A DNA stretch of 64,000 bases from the human T2T-CHM13v2.0 reference genome, Homo sapiens. Shown here in pieces: positions 57,620-64,000 of this stretch. The position numbers and the translations under genes were made by a program. The stretch lies in the NCBI RefSeq assembly GCF_009914755.1, contig NC_060947.1; one strand, 5' to 3'. Under the pieces are notes generated by a model that had not been told where the DNA came from, searched no databases, and was given only the letters and a program-made list of their open reading frames with translations. Positions within the stretch are counted from its first letter, which is position 1. Each line of letters begins with the position of its first letter.

Positions 57620-58040
57620 GTCACAGTTTGGGGGTGGCTTTGTGTATAACAAGAATCTTAGAAATAACGGTGGCTTAAACAGGAGAGAACTTTGTCAGGG
57701 AAAAGTCCAATATATCCAAATTTCAGAGCGGATGTATTGGCTGCCTAATTGTCTAGGCCTCAGGATTCTGCCCTCTATAGGGTATGGTCTTCATCCTTAT
57801 TTTCCCAAGATGAAACTCTGTCCATCATATCTACGCTATTACAAGCTCGAAGGTGTAGACTGAAAGGAACAAAGGACATGATCCTTCCCACCTTTAAGAA
57901 CAAGTCCCAGAGGTTACTTATATCACTTTTACTTACATTCATAGGCCAGAACTTGTTCACATAACTACACCAAGCTGTAGTGATGGCTTGGGTATGTAGT
58001 TTTTGTTAGTAAAACCCATGTGCCTGATAAAAATACTACT
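57620..58040. mobile_element. Old MLT1 (J-like) LTR fragment
   Basis: aataacggtggcttaaaca...cttttacttacattcataggccagaactt..acataactacaccaagctg. Confidence 0.55.
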
Positions 58041-58049
58041 AATTTAAGG

Positions 58050-58419
58050 ATTTCAAATTGATTTCCCTAAGAGAAAAGCCTAAGATAGGGATTCCTGTGC
58101 AAGTGAGCTATGAAGAGAGTGCTCTCAGAAAAAAACCTGCAGGGAAGAAGTCAGGCAGAGATGTGTTTTCAAGTCTAGCTTCAGCCTGATCCCACAGGGA
58201 GCTGTGGTGCATAAATTGCATCACAGAGTTTAATCTCACATTGAAGCAAGCCTGGACATCGCAAGTATCTCTATCTGAGTGGTTCTTGTCATACCAAGGT
58301 GATTATCAAGAAAAGGGTACAGCTATGGGCCTTGACCAGCTAGTACCCACAGCAGCTAGAGAATGAGTACAACAGCTGGTGAAGAAATTCTGGGTGGGAT
58401 GTCAAAAGCATCTGCTACA
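58050..58419 (-). mobile_element. LTR16-like ERVL LTR
   Basis: gcctaagatagggattcctgtgcaagtgagc..cagcctgatcccacagggagct..gcatctgctaca. Confidence 0.55.
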
Positions 58420-60934
58420 CTGAAGAAGGAGGACAGATTTTGAGGGAAAATTAGTAGCCATTTTTGTAAGAGCCAAAAGTATCCCTTCACACATACTGAG
58501 ATGACTCAATATCCTATTTCTGTTTTGTACATGGTTAGTACTCTATCAGTATTTGTAGAATGAGTAATGCATATTCTTGGACAACCTTCTTTTTTTTTTT
58601 TTAATTTCCACAGCCATCCTTTACCATTTTTGAAAGTATTAAGAAATGTTAATACTTTCAGTACCACCATACCTACCCCCAGTACATACACAAGCATCCT
58701 GCCCTCAATAGCTATTTCCTCTACTCAGATTCTAAGTCACACTCACAACCAATTGTAGAATTACCTCACTGGCATTCTGAAGAATTAGCTGGCAAATTTC
58801 CTGCATTTTCAAATATTTTAAGTTCCGGTTTCCAGAAAAATTCTCCTTGCCCTGGAAATAATAGCCAGACAACTATGATTAGAATATATATAACCTGCTT
58901 ATATTCACCTTCTTTAAATCTTTGGTGAAGAATAGGTATGGCTTTTCTCATCGGTTTGCTCTGGCCTAGATTTATGTTGGTTTTACAGTGACATTTCTGA
59001 CTTTCAGGCAAGTATCCATTGAGTAACTGTTTTATTATACAAAATCTGAGGTTATAAAATAAAGACTTAAATGAGCATTTCACTGATTTCATTATATCTC
59101 ACAATTATAGATCTGGATCTATCAATTTTTTCTCATGAAGGTCCCAAAAGACTGTTCTATAAGAGCCGTGATTATGGAGTGAATGAGTCAAATTTGAAGT
59201 CTGGTCCAATGGTTTCAGGAAAATGTTTTATATTGTTCTAAAGCCAAAAAATAAAGAAAGAATAAAGCATCATTTCAAAGCACTATCACACCAGGTTGGA
59301 TTAGTTAGGCTTCATATTACAGAAAAGCAGCTTAAGTAAGATAGTTTAGTTTCTCACGTAAAGTAGTTATAAGGTAGGCATTCCTGGACTTTTATGATAA
59401 TTTCAACGTTTTGCATGACTTAGGCTCTAAAGCTTTATGCTTTGCCATTCTCAGCATGTGGCTTCCATTCCCAATGTCACTACGTGCTCCTAATACAACT
59501 GAAGAACTGAATTTTTAATGTTATTTAATTTTAAATAGCCACATGTGGATCTTAGTCTTTGTTTTCAAATAGTCATTACAAGCTGTTTGTGGCTACTGTT
59601 TTAGAATAGAAACTCTTCTGGATAGCTCTTATTTAGCCTGGAATCATGTAATGTAAACATGGAAAAGATTTTAGATTTCACTGTAGGGGTTGCTTAGTTT
59701 TACAGATAAACAATGGAGGAAGTCCAAAGAAGTATTGGCTTTCTAGAAATTCAAAACTAATGTTTAGAAATACTGAAAATCGAGCTGGATCTTTTGATTT
59801 CTTAATCAGTGCACTCATAAAAAATAATTTATTAAAAATATTTTGTAATTGAATTTGTTGATTATTCAGGTAGATCTTCCTTTATTTACTTAAAAAAGTA
59901 AGATTTTAATACAATTATTTTTTTCAATCCATTCATTTCCAATGGCTAATTTATTTGAAGAATGATTGCAGCAATCTGACAACAAAGTTTTACCCCATCT
60001 ACTCTAGATATTGAGGCTTAGGCTGTGTTTCTATTCTTGACTCTATAAGCCAATCCATTAAATGATAAGCTAACAATTAATTTACATTAAAACAAGACTA
60101 CTATTTCTGTTACTGTAGAAGTTTTAGAATTAGTTGCATGTAAGTTAATGTGATTAAATTGGCTAGGAATATTTGATACTGTATCTATTTAATTTATTCT
60201 TTTAGATTATTAAGTATCTATTCTATGCAAGCCATTAGGCCAGCTGTTGGGAGCACAGCAGTGAATTAAACCACAGTAGAATTAAGCTAGAATAGAACAT
60301 GTCTCTTCTGGAAGTTTATTCTAGAAAAGAGCCTTTGAAACAGTAATTACTTGGATCCTAACTTTTATGAAGAGAAAGAACAAGGTGCCTTAAGATCAGG
60401 CAACAGGCTGGCTTAGCCCACTTGGTAAATAGTCTCTCCCTCAAAGGCTCAACCTCTTCAAACTGAAATCTGACTACTTCTGAGGTTGCACAAAAGTTCC
60501 ACAGACTGTTCCGAAAAAAATAATTTGAAGGAAATTCATCTCCAGAACCTCAACTTTCACATGTACTCTTGTCTAAAATTGCCTGAAATCTCAGAATAGC
60601 ATTTCCTCCACCTTACAAAAGAAAGGCACACCTTTCTTCCTTCCCAAATTGTAGCATGATGCATTGCCCCAGAACTTAGGGTGCCAAACAAAGGGATAGT
60701 CTAAAATATTACTTTGAAAACTCAAGGCCCCTTAAACTCAGAGATCTTCTCCTGCCTGTGTTTCAGGAATTTTTGATAACTTCAGTGCTTAATCAAAGTT
60801 GGTATATTCCTAATTCAGAACAGCCAAAGCCTTATATAGTAGTGATACTGAATTGTGTCAGTGTAATTGGAATGTTTTATAGGACTATCATTTTTTCAAG
60901 ATGCATTTGATAAAACTCAGGAACACACTTTACT

Positions 60935-61380
60935 TGTGATGGTTAATACTGAGTGTCAACTTGATTGGATTGAAGGATGCAAAGTATTGATCCTGGGTGT
61001 ATCTGTGAGGGTGTTGCCAAAGGAGATTAACATTTGAGTCAGTGAGCTAGGAAAGGCAGACCCACCCTTAATCTGGGTGGGCACCATCTATTCAGCTGCC
61101 AGCACAGCTAGAATATAAAGCAGGCAGAAAAAAAAAAACACGTGAAAGGACTAGACTGGCCTAGCCTCCCAGCCTACATCTTTCTCCCATGCTGGACCCT
61201 TCCTGCCCTCAAATATTGGACTCCAAGCTCTTCAGTTTTGGGACTCGGGCTGGCTCTCCTTGCTCCTCAGCTTGCAGACAGCCTATTAAGGGACCTTGTG
61301 ATCATGTGAATTAATACTTAATAAATTCCCATATATATGTCCTATTAGTTCTGTCCCTCTAGAGAACCCTGACCAATACA
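60935..61380 (+). mobile_element. MLT2A (MLT2A1-length, 446 bp) HERV-L solo LTR
   Basis: tgtgatggttaatactgagtgtcaacttgattggattgaaggatgc...tataaagc...aataaa...ctagagaaccctgaccaataca. Confidence 0.92.
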
Positions 61381-61637
61381 TTTGTTTTCTTTCATATTTG
61401 ATGTGCATTGTCCAAAAATAACACATGGAAAGCCTATTTCATTAAATCATGTACTATGTATTCCACTTAGTTAATTCTCATCATATTCCATTTATACAAT
61501 ATATAGTATTTTCTCTCTCCTATTAACAAATAACTAAAATTATTTAAACATACAAAAATAGATGTCACCTTTAAATAATAGGTTTTTATAAGTCATTTAA
61601 GGTAAATGTGACACAAAAAAGCTTGGAAACCCCTTTT

Positions 61638-61838
61638 CAGGGTTTCTCAAATTATAATCGTATGTCTAATTAGATTAAAAAAGGTCACCAAGGTGCTAGT
61701 GAATAAAACAAACAAACAGATTCCTAGATCCTACCACTTACTGTTGAATCAGAATTTCTGGGGAAACAAGGATCAGAAATCTGATGGATCAGCATGCATA
61801 CAGATGATTCTTATCCACATTAAGTTTGTGAATTTATA
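61638..61838. mobile_element. MER5-like hAT MITE, decayed
   Basis: cagggtttctcaaa...agattcctaga..tgaatcagaatttctgggg..gatgattcttat..aagtttg. Confidence 0.55.
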
Positions 61839-61854
61839 TTCAAGTGATAACGGT

Positions 61855-62268
61855 TACTATGGTTTGGATGTTTGTTTCCCCAAACCTCATGTTGAAATTT
61901 GATCCCAGAGTTGGAGGTCAGGTGTTACTAATGGGAGTTTGAGTAATGCGGGTGTGTCCTTCATGAAAAGATTAATAGCCTACTTCAGCAGTGAATGAGT
62001 TCTTGCTTAGTTTCCAGGAGAGCTGGTGCTTTAAAAGAGCCTGGCACATCCACCTTTTTTCTCTTATTTCTGCTCTCATCATGTGATCTCTGCTCTCTTT
62101 TGCCTTCCACTATAAGTGGAAGCAGCCTGAGTTCCTCAACAAAAGCAGATACTGGTGCCATGCTTTTCGTACAGCCTTCAAAACTGTAAACTAAATAAGC
62201 ATCGCTTCTTTACAAACTAGCTAACCTCAAGTAGTTCTTTATAGCGACACAAAAAATGGACTAAGACA
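61855..62268 (+). mobile_element. MST (MSTB-like) MaLR LTR
   Basis: tactatggtttggatgtttg..ccccaaacctcatgttgaaatttgatccc...aaaatggactaagaca. Confidence 0.85.
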
Positions 62269-63684
62269 ATGATCCTTTTAAGAGAGTTCTATCCCATACT
62301 AATTCAAAGTCAACATGGTGTTTCATATAATCTTGTTGTAATAGTCTCTTGGTGGTGGACATCCGGCACCTAACACAGTGCCCAGCACATGTTGGAGTGT
62401 CAAGAATTAATGATTGAAAGTGAATGGAAAAAAGGTATATATCTCCTCCCAAAACATCAGGAGATTGAATATAAAGGACACATCTTCCTTCTATAATGTG
62501 ACAGATGCACTCTATAGTTACTGTTTGAGAGTTTTTTTAGTGCAAACTATTTACCTCTTAGGCTAAATTTAATTTACAAATGGAATCATTAGTAGTGAAG
62601 ATATAGCAGGGTGCCTTCCAGATTCCTCTGCTGTGATCTTCAAATGAATAAGCACTGCAGATTAGTCAACCTTCTGAAAAGTTCTTAATTAAGGAAACCA
62701 ATACTGTGCAGAATAACAGCCTGTGTGTTAACCTTGTTGACACAGTGTAGAAATCTCATGTAGATAGCTAGTACAAAAGAATAAAAATGTTGTTCTAGTT
62801 TCTAAAGTGGCGTTTCCAAGGAATTATACTTCTAATGAAAATTGCTGCTGTGGATGTCTGTTCAAAGGCTTTGGCTTACAAAGTAAAGATTTGAAAATAT
62901 CAAACTTGCTTAATCTCTGAATGTTGTTTTCATTCATTAGGTGAATATGACAGCTCTCTCTTTACCCTAATCGCCCCCCCTGGAGGAAATAACATTTTTG
63001 TTTGTCTAAACAGTACTTAATGACTACTCTAAAATTAGAGTTTAAGATCTTTAACTCTAGAGTGCAAAGCTCTACGTCCTTGACTCTGACGTTTATCATG
63101 AATATTAATTTCTGATCTTAAAGTCAAGCCATGAAATTTTTATATATTATCATACATTTCCCTTGACAGTTTTTGTAATTGCCGTAATTTCCTCATCAGC
63201 AAGAGTTGTTTGTGGCTCTCCTGGTCTGAGGAGGCTATAAATTTGGCAGCTTTGAATTCCCTCTTTTGTTTGAATGTGGAACCATCGACTTGTTTACTCT
63301 GAACATTAACTAGATCTCAGATCTTAAAAGAACTATAGTTTTTATTGGTGCCTTTACATGACAAAAGACTCAATATATTTGTTGCCATTACATGTTTTCA
63401 TTGTTACCTTTGGATTGACTTTCTTGTTAGGGGAGATTTATGTCCATCTTCAGATACTTTTCCTGCTACTCACATAAAAATGTTATTTTCTGCCACATAG
63501 CTACCATTTTCTTTAAAATTGATTTATTAGTAGTGTTTGATTATCGAATACCAGACTGTATATATTCACATTGTGTATAAGTATCCAACATGAAAATTAT
63601 TTAGACAATATTCATGGACATGTATACATAAACACACATACTTTTTAATATATGTAATTCAACTGAAATGTTATCTTCCGTTTG

Positions 63685-63960
63685 TACTTTCAACAAAGAT
63701 TTATCGAACATCTACTACACATCAGGCCTGGATTTTTTTCTGCACACAGGAATAAAAATAGACAAGACACAAATTGGCCTGAAGATGCCACAGTCAACCA
63801 GGCAAACAGACAGACTCATAAAAAATTATCTGTATCACTGTACGGCAAATGCTGTTAAAAATATGGTGACAAAGAGCTGTTGCAACCAGAGAGACTCAGG
63901 GATGGATACACAGAAGACAGGTCTCTGAGGCTACACGAGATAGATCTTTCTTCCCAGAGA
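63685..63960 (-). mobile_element. L2 fragment
   Basis: ttcaacaaagatttatcgaacatctactacacatcaggc...gacaagacac. Confidence 0.5.
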
Positions 63961-64000
63961 AATTGAAAGGGCATGTTATTTTACACAGTAGGAGTGGCCA

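Overview
AT-rich, repeat-dense primate (human-like) genomic DNA from inside the X-linked gene IL1RAPL1, transcribed on the + strand. The only host coding sequence I can support is one 280-bp internal exon (45006-45285; exon 3 in the usual numbering, first Ig-like domain). Everything else is intron filled with Alu, L1, L2, MIR, MaLR/ERVL LTRs, hAT/Tigger DNA transposons and simple or tandem repeats. The other ORFs in the track are repeat-derived or chance. I found no convincing new biological system. The best leads are: a donor resembling the U12 consensus (GTATCCCTTT) plus an RBFOX/MBNL-type motif cluster just after the exon; a twin-primed L1 with a locally templated junction insert; an L1 with two large internal deletions; DUX4-type motifs in two LTRs; and several local tandem duplications. 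Repeat subfamily names come from recalled consensus sequences, not a RepeatMasker run, and boundaries of old elements are approximate.
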